This document shows, piece after piece, positions 14,197-25,664 of a stretch of DNA of 64,000 bases. The stretch comes from Isurus oxyrinchus (taxonomy: Eukaryota), in the NCBI GenBank assembly GCA_026770705.1, contig JANJGN010000039.1:8804001-8868000 (forward strand), written 5' to 3'. The notes beneath the pieces are model-generated. The model was not told where the DNA came from. It saw nothing but the letters and a program-made list of their open reading frames with translations, and did no database searches. Within the stretch, counting starts at the first letter, position 1, and each line of letters begins with the position of its first letter. Position numbers and translations under genes: made by a program.

Positions 14197-16129
14197 CTTC
14201 ATGTGGAGATGTCTTTCCTGCAGAGATGGATGCACAACATGGAATGAACGTGTGAGCTGAAAGGTAGAAATCCTCTTCTTCTTTAAATTCATTTCAGGAA
14301 AATAAGAGAAACACGTCAAAATCACAGGCGATTCGGAAGGAGTTGCCAAATTAATTAATCTGCAGCACCAGGGTAAAACTGGCGCGACAGCATTCGTAGC
14401 AGGGAACAGAGAAAATCTGTTAACTGTGGATAACATGAAGCCCTTTATTTAAGTAATCATACTCACGGCCGCTACGATCTAGAAAGACAAAGGGAAAATA
14501 ATCATGGGAATGCCACATGCTGAAGGTTCCTCTCCCAGCCACTCATCGCCCTGGTTCGGAAAAATATCGCCGTTTCTTCACTGTCTCCATGTCAAGTTAA
14601 AGGACCACAAACCCCCAACCCCTGCTAATAATAACGTGAATGTAACAACACCACAAAGACCGCAGCAGCTCACCACCCACTTCACAAGGGGAATTATAGT
14701 TGGGCAATAAATGCTGGCCTTGCCAACGTTGCCCTCATTGATGAATTGAAAGAAGGACAGAAATTTATATTGTTCATCCGAGGGCATGTTAGTAAACGTA
14801 CATCGGAAAACGAGAGCTTCGAAAATGGGTTTGTAAATGGCCCGTATCTGATGAAGTACAGCAAATTATATCTTCGGTGAGAAGCGCTAACTCTTGTTGA
14901 AACAGATACACCAGCCTGTTGGAAAAGATGAAATGTGACATTCAGAGGAACTGTTAAGTAGACAGCAGCTAAATCGCCAGGAGGGCATTCATGTCCCCTA
15001 AAGAAATCAATTAGTTTCAGTCATTGAACAAACAGGTTACGTCAGTTGCTCTCCTTCTGAAATGAACCGTTTCGAAGTGAAACGGCCAACATTGGAATAC
15101 AATTGAAGGGGCTATATTTTAATGATCAACGGGTAGATCCCATAGTGGATAGTCACGGCGGGAAATGATTGACCCACAGGGCGATGCTGGGAATCAAATC
15201 GTTACTAATTTATATCAAAATGATTCGAGAAAACTCAATCAGCCTGAACCGCCACGAGAAGAAGTGGGGCACTTGTAAATGTTCATCACTGTTTTGTGAT
15301 TCCGGACCAAGTCTTTGCTGAAACTGGGCACATGTCTGATGGATGTCTTTCTCATTAAATCTTCCAGAGCGAACTCATACGCTGCCCAGATCTTTCCGTG
15401 GATTCCTTGGGCACTGACATTTCGGTCAGATTCTTGGCCTACATTGTGGGTGGTTGCACATAAATTTGCACCATTCTGCCTGGAAATTATAAACGTAACC
15501 ATAGGACCGGGAAGGCTGGTGTTGGTGGTGACCTGATGAGCAATAGAAATTGTATGCAGTAGGCTTTTCTTTTCTCAACCAAAATATTTCAAAATAATGT
15601 GTTGAAGACAATCCGACCCCATACCCCCTCAGTAACGATTCCCCACGCCATGCAATGCTCCTGCTCAACCTCTCACATACTCCATCCAGAGAGATGGTTG
15701 ACATGAATGAAAAAACCTTTTTTTTGTAATAGAAGAATGGGATATATAGACTACATTGCTCGGAGGCTCTTCCACTCTTAACATTTAACTCTTAACCGTC
15801 AAACGTCTTCTGCAGACAATCATTAGCACATGGATGCACTGATTACAATGAACCCGAATCGACGGCGCCTCCGGCTTTGGTGTGGTCTGCATTTCAAACA
15901 CCCACCAAAACCAGTGTATTTAATGGCAGTTGGTCATTCGGCCCCTTGAGCATGTTCTGCAACTCGGAAAACTCATGGTTTATCAGATCGTGGCCTCAGC
16001 CCCGCTCTCCGCCAATCAGCGTCTTCCGCCGGCCCTTTCCGCCACTTTCCGCACATCACACACTTAAACGCTCATGAGCCTACTCTCCCTTATTGGTCAA
16101 TAAACTTTTCAACTCAGCCAATATTATGC

Positions 16130-17670
16130 GACAGAACTGAACAGACGATCAGTGTAATTCTCTCTTTTTGCAAAGTGGGTCGTCAATGTGAACCTATTTC
16201 ATGTCACTTGCGGCGCCAAATAAGGCTGTTTAATACACTTTAATGTGCAACCCAGCTCTGTTTTTCATACATTTGTCAGTCATTCTCCAAGCATGCGGTC
16301 AAAGCGCTTGACACAGGATTACACATATATTTCAGGACCACAGGCAGCCTTTCCAAAGAGCCAAAATTAAATCCTTGCACAGAGGTTACTGGAAAGCTAC
16401 AGAGGAATGTCTTATTCGCGGACCAATGCACACTCATAGCTCAGGATCCGGAGACATTCAGCTGCGTGCTGAGCGCTTTGCTGCAAACTCAGAATGTCTT
16501 CGATTGACAATATATCTGAGGATAGAGATGCTGCATCAAATCGTTGCTGGTCACGTGCTCCAAGATACCACAGTCGCTTTGAACAACGCACTCCTCTGTT
16601 CTTTACGGAAGTTTTGCTAACTTGGCAGCATGCAATCCAAAAACACTAACTGGATGGGAAAATTTCCCATCGCCTGACAAAAACTAGCTCGGCATTTGGC
16701 AAGCTTCACTCACTGACTTCTGCAAATAAAACACGGATTTTCCCGCAGATGGAAGATCAAGGCCTGCCAGGCAGTGTTTTTTTATATCACTTTCATATCA
16801 GCGCGAGACTTGCGTAACCTTTCGGCCTCTTAGAAAGTTCATGAAAACTTTACAACTTCACTGCCCGTAAAACATTTCCAACGGTTCTTGGCAATGCAAA
16901 ATCCGCAAAACCGATAATCTTGCAAAGTGCAGCATGACTGACAGCGAAAATATATTCATTACAGCCCCGGTTCCCGGAGTAGGTCATGCGGTTCATCTGG
17001 AAAATGCCTACGTACCAAACGCCACACTCGGTGAGCACAGGATGTCTGAAATCTCAAGGCCAAACTCAGAGATTGCAAGCTGGATCACAGTAAATGGATT
17101 CCTGATGCGACCTTGCTAAAAACAACGCGGTGTGCCTGCACCATATGAAGCATACTCCCGGAGCACCGGAATTCTGGTACTAAAATGGGGGGTTCACAGG
17201 CCGGCTTCTGGCGAAAAGCCCTGTGGGGATGGAGGATTGGGGAAAGGGGCAAGACTGTGTTGGCCCCCAGTCAAAATCCTGCACAAATGCGGCAGATCTG
17301 TGGCAGTCAATGGGCACATTTTTCAGGAAAGGGGTGCCTTTCCGTACCTGCCTCTGTCACTTACCATTACTCGTCCAAAGGGCGGCCAAAGAGAAAGGTG
17401 TAAGGCTGCACTGCAGGTCTCCGTAAAGCACTGAGGCCTTAACAACAGGGCACGGGAGGAGAATGCTGCCAGTCTCTCAGCCTGGCACCAAACTGTCCAT
17501 CAAATCGAAAAACACTTCGAGGCTCAAAAGAGTGTTGAAAAGGCCGAGGCACAGGAAGGAAAAGTGAACCGTCCTAGGCCTTTAATTTCCAAAAGTTAGT
17601 GCTAAAAACCAGTCCCACGGCGGAAGAACATATTTGTCCTGAGTTGGAATCCTCAGTCATCTGAAATCAC
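16130..17670 (+). mobile_element. Degenerate RTE-clade LINE RT and 3' region
   Basis: Decayed RTE motifs: ALDTGLHIYFRTTGSL, EVTGKLQRNVLFAD, RPKGGQRERCKAALQVSVK. The paralogous ORF 56345..56698 reads similarly. Confidence 0.7.
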
Positions 17671-17699
17671 CTTGAGCTTAACACGCTTCTTTCTCGGTA

Positions 17700-18384
17700 C
17701 TGATGGAATGCCCCTGACGTCAATAAGATGAAACAGACAATTTCAGGAAGATAGGACACCTCCACATCTTCAAGGGCAATTTGGGTGGAGCAACAAGTTG
17801 TGGCCGATCTAACCACATCCCTGCCACATGAATGGATACGTCTGAAAACATGATTCTGAACAAAATAACAAACCATCGGCACAACCAAATGGAGGAATCA
17901 TCCAGTGATTTCAGCATTTGTGGAGAGCAGAGTCAAGCACATTAAAGACAAGGAAGCGAGTGCAAAGTTAATTTATTCCGCCTGAAAAGACATTTTATGT
18001 AGAATTTGGCAATCGATCGTGCAAGGATAGACCTGATCTAACCTCTCACGTGATAGCACACTGGCACTTTTTTTTTTGCAGCGCACTCAAATGTCGACGG
18101 GCCGGGAGAATTAATCATCAAGCAGACCGACAGATGGATAGTCAGACACATAGATGTACAGATAGACAGACCTTCAAATGGATAGACTGATTTGAAGAGA
18201 GAGTTGAACGCGAGAGAGAGAGCGAGACAGAATGTGCAACAAATGGACCGACCGAGTGAAAGAGCAACAGAGTGAGAGAGCGAGATGGACGGATAGATAG
18301 ATAGATATTTAAATAGATAGATAGATAGACCGACAGACAGACAGATCGATAGATAGATTTCTAGATAGATGGATAGATGGATAG
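17700..18384 (-). repeat. Inverted paralogue of ~62995-63612, ending in a GATA/GACA microsatellite
   Basis: Reverse complement CTTGATGATTAATTCTC...GCACGATCGATTGCCA...AATTAACTTTGC...CTTGTCTTTAA...CTCCACAA matches 63201-63400 colinearly. Confidence 0.85.
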
Positions 18385-19350
18385 NNNNNNNNNNNNNNNN
18401 NNNNNNNNNNNNNNNNNNNNNNNNNNNNNNNNNNNNNNNNNNNNNNNNNNNNNNNNNNNNNNNNNNNNNNNNNNNNNNNNNNNNNNNNNNNNNNNNNNNN
18501 NNNNNNNNNNNNNNNNNNNNNNNNNNNNNNNNNNNNNNNNNNNNNNNNNNNNNNNNNNNNNNNNNNNNNNNNNNNNNNNNNNNNNNNNNNNNNNNNNNNN
18601 NNNNNNNNNNNNNNNNNNNNNNNNNNNNNNNNNNNNNNNNNNNNNNNNNNNNNNNNNNNNNNNNNNNNNNNNNNNNNNNNNNNNNNNNNNNNNNNNNNNN
18701 NNNNNNNNNNNNNNNNNNNNNNNNNNNNNNNNNNNNNNNNNNNNNNNNNNNNNNNNNNNNNNNNNNNNNNNNNNNNNNNNNNNNNNNNNNNNNNNNNNNN
18801 NNNNNNNNNNNNNNNNNNNNNNNNNNNNNNNNNNNNNNNNNNNNNNNNNNNNNNNNNNNNNNNNNNNNNNNNNNNNNNNNNNNNNNNNNNNNNNNNNNNN
18901 NNNNNNNNNNNNNNNNNNNNNNNNNNNNNNNNNNNNNNNNNNNNNNNNNNNNNNNNNNNNNNNNNNNNNNNNNNNNNNNNNNNNNNNNNNNNNNNNNNNN
19001 NNNNNNNNNNNNNNNNNNNNNNNNNNNNNNNNNNNNNNNNNNNNNNNNNNNNNNNNNNNNNNNNNNNNNNNNNNNNNNNNNNNNNNNNNNNNNNNNNNNN
19101 NNNNNNNNNNNNNNNNNNNNNNNNNNNNNNNNNNNNNNNNNNNNNNNNNNNNNNNNNNNNNNNNNNNNNNNNNNNNNNNNNNNNNNNNNNNNNNNNNNNN
19201 NNNNNNNNNNNNNNNNNNNNNNNNNNNNNNNNNNNNNNNNNNNNNNNNNNNNNNNNNNNNNNNNNNNNNNNNNNNNNNNNNNNNNNNNNNNNNNNNNNNN
19301 NNNNNNNNNNNNNNNNNNNNNNNNNNNNNNNNNNNNNNNNNNNNNNNNNN
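18385..19350. other. Assembly gap (966 N)
   Basis: Run of N; true size unknown. Confidence 1.
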
Positions 19351-19610
19351 TGCTGGGAATCCTAAACAAAAGCAAAAATACGTGGAAGAACTCAGCAGGT
19401 CTGACAGCATCTGCACAGAGAAACACAATTAACGTTTCGCGTTCGTATGACTCTTCAACGGAACTCAGGAAAAATTGAAAAGAGGCGAAATATAAGCTGG
19501 TTTAAAGGAGGTTGTGAGGCACAGGTAGAGCTCGATAAAAGGCCAGTGATCACTGTCATACGGACTTGAAACGTTAACTGTCTTCCTTTCCACAGAGCAC
19601 ACGTCCAGAT
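19351..19610. mobile_element. Penelope-like terminal repeat pair in inverted orientation
   Basis: CTCAGCAGGTCTGACAGCATCTG...TTAACGTTTCG...TATGACTCTTC, followed by the reverse-oriented GTCATACGGACTTGAAACGTTAACTG at ~19556. Confidence 0.7.
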
Positions 19611-19724
19611 CAATCATTCAATATATTTCCACCTTGAGTCGCTGCTCTCCCAATTCAAGCTTTTGAAGTAACCGTAGGATCACGGATCATGCCTCAATTT
19701 CTCTCTCTCTCTCTCTCCCTCTTT

Positions 19725-20620
19725 CACAGAATCACAGAACCAGGAAGCGCAGAAAAGGCACTTCAGCCTATCGAGTCTGCACCGACACGTGAGAAACACC
19801 TGACTTTCCACCTAATCACATTTGCCACCATTTGGCCCATAGTCAAGAATGTTATGACGTGCCTGGTGCTCATCCAGTTACTTTTTAAAGGATGTGAGGC
19901 AACCCGCATACAACATCTTCCCAGGCAGCATCTTCCAGACCTTCACCACCCTCTGGGTAAAAAGGATTTCCTCGCATCCCCCCTAAACCTCCTGCCCAGC
20001 ATTTTGAAATTTTGTCCCCTCAAGACTGACCCTTCTAATAAGGGGAACAGCTGCTCCCTATCCAGCCTGTCCACGCCCCTCATAAACTTGTACACCTCTT
20101 TCAGGTCACCCCTCAGTCTTCTCTGCTCCAACGAAAACAACCCAACTCTATCCAACCTCTCTTCACAACTTAATTGTTTCATCCCAGGCAACATCCTGAT
20201 GAATATCCTCAGCACCCCCTGCAGTGCAATCACATCCTTCCTATAATGTGTCGACCAGAACTGCAAACAATACTCCAGCTGTGGCCTCAACAAGGTTCTA
20301 AACAACTTCAGCATTACCACCCTACTTTCGTAATCTCTGCCTCGATTGATAAGTGCAAGTGTCCCATATGTCCTTTTCCCCACCCCACTAACATGCCCTC
20401 CATCTTCAGAGATATATGGACACAGATGCCAACGTCCATTTTTTCTCAGAACCTCCTAGTGCCATGCCATTCATTGAATACTTCCTCGTCAAATTGCTCC
20501 TTCCAAAGTGTATCACCTCACATTTTTCAGGGTTAAATACCATCACCCACTTATCTGCCCATTTGATCATCCCATCTATATCTTCCTGTTGACCAAGACA
20601 CTAAACCTCACGATTAACCA
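19725..20620 (-). mobile_element. CR1 LINE 3' end (ORF2 C-terminus plus 3' UTR)
   Basis: ORF 19943..20383 LVRP-like LLRPQLEYCLQFWS...LFSLEQRRLRGDLKEVYKFMRG, typical of CR1. Confidence 0.92.
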
Positions 20621-21120
20621 ACAAGCTAACGATAAATGGTTAAGATGCACAACAACTTGGTGAAAGGAGTAATGTTCAAGCAGTGCCTTGAAGGAGGGGA
20701 GCGAGTTAGAGAGGCAATGGAGGTAAATACCGGAGCTTGAGGCATAGGTAACTAACTAAAGGTACTGTCATGACAGTTGGGGCAATTCTGCTCGGGAACG
20801 CACAAAAGACCAGATTGTGACCAGCGCTGATAACTTGGAGAATCATGGGGCTGTGGGTAATTGCAAGAAAGAATGAGAATTGAAAAGTCAATATGGTCCT
20901 CGATGATTAGCAATTTCGTAATAGTGATTACAGCAAGGACAATTGAACTTAAATGCATTGAGACCCAACTATTTTCACGCACTATTAAATATTCCAATCA
21001 AGTCAGAACAGCATGTTGCATTGGAAGTTTCTATATGTGACTCAATCAGTCAGTTGAGGGTCTCTGCCTCTGCTACCCTTTTGCACAGCGAGTTCCTGAC
21101 TCCAAGTACCCGCGGTTTTT

Positions 21121-21175
21121 CTTGAAATCCAAAGCGGGGTTTCCCCACATGGTTCGAATCCTACCGACTATTCCA
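21121..21175 (+). other. tRNA-Ser(UGA) 3'-half copy with CCA, forming an extended PBS of the adjacent LTR
   Basis: CTTGAAATCCAaagcGGGGTTTCCCCacatGGTTCGAATCCTaCCGACTAttCCA vs vertebrate tRNA-Ser CTTGAAATCCATTGGGGTTTCCCCGCGCAGGTTCGAATCCTGCCGACTACG-CCA (recalled). It lies 3 nt from the LTR end. Confidence 0.85.
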
Positions 21176-21178
21176 ATC

Positions 21179-21713
21179 TGTTGTCACTTTGACAACCCGA
21201 CCACAGGGGCCTCAGGTACAGGTCACGAACGTTTATTCCAGCAATTGCAAGGGGAGAGTCATCTCAATACAGCTTGAGATCACACTCTGCTAAATTACAA
21301 GCGTTCAACATATTTATACATTATTGGTCACGTACAAGAACAGTTTCCAGATTCCCATCTCGTCACTATATCCGTTTACATTAAACAGGCATCTCTGGTA
21401 ACAGGTACATTCATCGCATGTCCCTATTTTTACCCAGGCAGAGACCTTCCGTCCTACCTAAACTAGGACCATCCGTCCTTCCCCTATCTGTTGAAGAGCA
21501 CAATTACTCTATGTCTTAGCCATCCTTTGACTGCAGTGTGGCTCCTGAGGCCTTTCTGTTGGTAACAGGCCCTAAGCCTGAGCAAAGTTCATCTGGTAAT
21601 CTTTAAGTGTTAATATACATGATAGCACTGGCTGCCTGGAGATATAAAGTAATTAATTCCTTTTCAATAAATTTTCCCTTACCATAAATTCTTACTTAAT
21701 TTCTTCCCCAACA
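21179..21713 (-). mobile_element. LTR (535 bp) of an ERV/LTR retrotransposon, 5' LTR with PBS, internal region lost
   Basis: TGTTG...CAACA termini. On the minus strand, TATAAATA (~21311-21318) precedes AATAAA (21232-21237), and a TGG-starting PBS lies just downstream. Confidence 0.8.
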
Positions 21714-22030
21714 CACTCTCTGCTCTAAAATTCCTAACAACCCCGTTAAACCCAATTCCCCTAGTCACTGGTTGAAGTAAATAGGTCCGTCACATCCATT
21801 CGATCCAGGCTGCTCACAATTCTGTATATTTCAATGTAATCTCCCCTCAGCCTCCTCTCTTGCAAGAAGAACGACTCCAGCCTATCCAGTCTTTCTTCAT
21901 TGTTGCAATTGTCCAGGTCTGGAAATATCCTCGTTATATTTCCTCTGTACCATGCCTAATGGAATTGCATCTTTTCTGTAAAGAGGTTACCAGAAATGCA
22001 CACAATACTCAAGTCACAACTAATGAACGT
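21714..22030 (-). mobile_element. CR1 3' fragment abutting the LTR
   Basis: ATCTCCCCTCAGCCTCCTCT...CCAGCCTATCCAGTCT is homologous to the CR1 copy at ~20100-20170. Confidence 0.65.
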
Positions 22031-22249
22031 TTCATAGCCCTAGTACCTTGAAGACACGCTCGCTGATATAAATTTAATTTTTTAAATATAAATTACTTAC
22101 AGCCCAGCCGACATCTCCAAATGTATTTGATGTCGTCAACTGGGGACATTGTGTCTGATTATCCGGTTTTCTTACTGTTCATTTTGCATGGACTGCAGAG
22201 AGTAAGCAGTCAGGTTGATTCGCCACAAACCGTTATTTGACTCATTTCC

Positions 22250-22860
22250 ATAATGCTCACTGGACTGGCAGAATTCCCTTTGTCCCCTTCCATTCCCCTT
22301 GCATATCATCCAACGGACTCTACATGCCCGCAAAACAGGACGCGTGCTCCTGATAATTGGCCGCATCAATTCAAGTCTGAGCACTCTCTTGGACTAAGGT
22401 TCACCAAGGAGCATTGCCTATTAGTGGATGCATTTGAATCGCTTCCTCACACACTTAGGCACTCCTCCATTTTCTGCATGCCATGATGCCCCTTCAGGAA
22501 TTCACCACAAAATCAGCCCAGGCACAGCTATCTTCGACTCTACAGTGCTCCTTGCAAACTGCCTGTTCTCCCAACCCGTGAGAAATGGACTGTTGCTTTA
22601 TCAAACTCATTCAGACACCTCCAGTGGAGGTTTTAAAGCAGTGGGGATGATCGTTTCCTTCCAGTATTCTAAGTTCTATTCCGATTTAAAAAGTACATCT
22701 GGGACCTGGTTCTCGCCCGACGGGTCTCTGACCTTCCCTTCTCATGGTCTCTGCACAGATTGTTAACCTTTACGCCTTGGTAATGCTCGATAATGTTGGA
22801 GTTCATCAAGGGCGCTATTATCGCTTACTTCCATGTGGCTGCTTACACAACAGGTTCTGT
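22250..22860 (+). mobile_element. Possible decayed Tx1/L1 ORF2 C-terminal region
   Basis: Fragments RFLTHLG..ACH, VLLANCLFSQPV and QIVNL..ALGNAR loosely match the Tx1 C-terminal Cys/His region. Weak. Confidence 0.3.
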
Positions 22861-23923
22861 GGTGCTCTGTTACAAAAGACATTGAAATTGCTGTCCCGTC
22901 CTAGCAGTGAAATGAAATTTCATTAAAATTTCACTGAAATTAATTTGCCCCAACTCCAACAGTACAATTCACCGTGACTCTACAACATGCCAGTTCACCG
23001 TCCCAAACCATTTTGTCCCTTTTTTGTGTGTGTGTGTGCAAGTGTTGTTGTCAAAAACATCTAATTAAAACTTGGCTTTTTCTGAACAGTTCCAGAAGCA
23101 TCTGCTATTGTCTATGCTTTCACAATCTAAGGCAGACATTCTGACTGAGCTCCAGTTTTGGTTCATTTCTAAATAACGTGGCTTCTTGCCTTCACTTGCT
23201 TTATCAGGAATATCCTAGGATCAAGACTGATAATTTGCATCACGGAATTAAGAGAAGACGAAGTACTTTGTGTTGTCTAGGGACTGTGTGTTATAAAAAA
23301 AAACAGTAAAACCAGCCCAGAACATTTGCCGTCAATATTGTTTTTTTCATTCATTCAGGGTATGTGGGCTTCGCTGTGTCGGCACAACATTTATTGCCCA
23401 TCTCTAGTTGCCCTTGAGAAGGTGGTGGTGAGCTGCCTTCTTGAACCGTTGCACTCCCGGTGGTGTGGTGTTTAGGAGGGAGTTCCAGGTTTTTGACCCA
23501 ATGATAGTGAAGGAACGGCCGATATATTTCCCAGTCAGGATGGTGAGTGACTTGGAGGGGAACTTCCAGGTGCCGGTGTTCCCATCTATCTGCTGCCCTT
23601 GTCCTTCTAGATGGTAGTTCTCGTGGGTTTAGCCTTTATCATGTGGCCGTTAAGACCGCCAGGTCAGGCAGCCAAGAGGAAAATCGTGGAAGAAATTTTA
23701 AACGCTGGCCGTTTAACATCCCCTGCTACTGATTTTATTAAGTTGTTCGGAAAAAATGTCCAATGGATTCTGTTAGGGTGCACGATTTTACACTGGCTAA
23801 GGGGCGTTTAGCACACAATCAGCTGGGAAGAATTTCCAAAGCTATTGATGTACTTAATTACATTAACACGCACATGGTTGTGTATTTAATCTTACACATG
23901 TTCAACGTTTTATTGCTCTCCAG

Positions 23924-24019
23924 GGACCACTTTCCCTCTAATTGCTGTCCTGGGGTGTGCAGTCGAAATAATCCTGGCAACGTTTGTGGCAATGACGGCG
24001 TGCTTGTTCGCCAGAAGAA
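23924..24019 (+). CDS. Immunoreceptor-like gene: transmembrane exon (xTTFPLIAVLGCAVEIILATFVAMTACLFARR)
   Basis: Acceptor TTTTATTGCTCTCCAG, donor GTAAGT, 96 nt, phase 1/1. About 25 hydrophobic residues followed by basic stop-transfer residues. Confidence 0.8.
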
Positions 24020-24454
24020 GTAAGTGTTCGTCAAGAAAAAAAAAAATAACTACCATTTTTCATGAAAAAAGGAGGAAACGTTGGCGGGAACCTGCAAACA
24101 ACCCTAAACTCAACTGCAGCATTAAAATTGTCAGCAGCTATGGATGACTACATGTTGAGGAATGAGGCCTTGTCTTAATTGAAAGGTCACTTTCATGCAG
24201 AGGATGTGAGTAAAGCAACTGGAACATCACCCTCATTACTGGCGGACAACAGTGACCGTCTCGATTCCACGCCCCTTCCCTTTCGTCTCACCCCATCGAA
24301 TGTCCCCACTCCCTGGGTACTTACGGTTTGCTCTCACCTGCCCTCTCTGGCTTTGTCTTCAGAAACGGCCACCGCTTCAACTCCTGGTAAACCGGCGTAG
24401 AGTGTAATTTGCGGCAGGGGTCATAAACCACACGCCCAGGCTTGTGGCACGGCC

Positions 24455-24780
24455 TCAGATTCCACAACGGCAGCTGCTGGAGTTTGAGGTAAACCTATTA
24501 ATAATTTTAGAATTTTAAGTCAGTGTCAGTACTGCTATCCAGGAATCTACAATCGATTACAATTTATATATGTATATATTTTAAAATGGTCCAGTAATGC
24601 TCTTTAGGGAAGCAACTCGGCCATCGTTGCCTGATCTCGCCTACATGTGACTCGTGAACACAGCAATATTGCTAACGCTTAAATGTCCTCTGAAATTGCT
24701 TAGACATTCGGTTCAAGAGCAATGAGGCATGAGCAACAAACTCAGGCATTGCCAGGGAAAACGACATCCCATGGGAGGAT
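24455..24780 (+). mobile_element. SINE (shark DeuSINE/SacSINE-like) copy
   Basis: GGCAGCTGCTGG..TAATG.TCTTTAGGGAAG..CCTACATGTGACTC..CCTCTGAAAT..GGGCAA-type tail. Reverse copy at ~29220-29560. Confidence 0.6.
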
Positions 24781-25059
24781 GAGTTGAAAGGAGAAATTTG
24801 ACACGAAGCCTCAATATATTTTGACCTCAACATTCAAATGGACATACAAACTTACATCTGACACCTTCCCTTGGCCGAATATTGCATTGAGCTTCTCATT
24901 CGGAAGTGTTGTATTGACAGCAGCTTTTTCAATTTCTCTGCAGGGATATTAAGCTGAACAAGCAGTACTCCGGTCTGTCAGCTCCAAACCAAAAGTCAAA
25001 AATTTAGGCCAAGCTCGTAACATTTTTTCTTGTACCAGGATAGGATATCGATATCAGAG

Positions 25060-25625
25060 TTGAAAGGCCAACTCTCCACTACTGCCTTCTACCGCCCCCT
25101 GGATCATGGCACTCCTTCATAAAATGAAGCCACCCGATCTAGGGCCGTCACTGACCTGATCTCCTGTGCAGATCTCCCCTCCATGCCTTCCAATCACATG
25201 GCCCAACCTCCGTAAATAGTCAGTATCTACCTCTACCCCAATCTAAAAAGGCGACGTATCTGGTTTCATCCTATTGTTTCAAACTACTCCTAACCAACTG
25301 TGCTTAATTATTCCTATCTCGATTCTATTTATTTCTTATACATCACTCCCTACCTACATCCATTGCTCTGCTGATGCCCTCCGTCTCTTCAACAGTTTCT
25401 GGCTCTGCTTCCGTTTCGCCATGGACGTCCAATCACTCTGTAGGTCAATTCGCCACCAGGGCGGCCTGTGAGCCCTCCCCATTCTTTCTCCTTGTATGGA
25501 GGACCAACAAATCTCCGTGACGTTAAACAACATTTGCTTCCACTCCACTTACCTCCTTCAAATTAAACATGTTGCTCTGGGCACTGAGTGGGACCTAGCA
25601 ACAGCTTCACTTCGCTGTTTTGCAG
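25060..25625 (+). mobile_element. Degenerate Penelope-like element RT
   Basis: FAMDVQSLCRSIRHQGGL (cf. TMDVQSLYTSIPH..GL) and NNICFHSTYLLQIKHVALGT..GPS (cf. NNFSF...YLQ.KGVAMGTRMGPS). Confidence 0.75.
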
Positions 25626-25664
25626 AGGAGGCGATAGCATAGTTGCATTGTTAGTGGACTTAGT

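Larger units (their letters stand above)
2359..17157 (+). repeat. Segmental duplication unit A (paralogous to 40019-57195)
   Basis: Colinear similarity throughout. Start TTCTGGAGAACATTTGAGGGTCTTATCATTCTC vs TTTCCGGAGAATATTTCAAGGTCTTATCATTCTC. End CCATATGAAGCATAC in both. Both GPCR exons and the intron are shared. Confidence 0.95.

Noticed and set aside
13948-14436. 162-aa ORF as a stand-alone gene
   Set aside because: Only the 23-codon exon has receptor character; the flanks are UTR/intron and the paralogous ORF has different limits.
18038-19478. Four long ORFs (351-462 aa)
   Set aside because: Artefacts of translating through the N-gap and microsatellite.
21121-21175. Functional tRNA-Ser gene
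   Set aside because: 5' half and A box are absent, CCA is encoded and it abuts an LTR.
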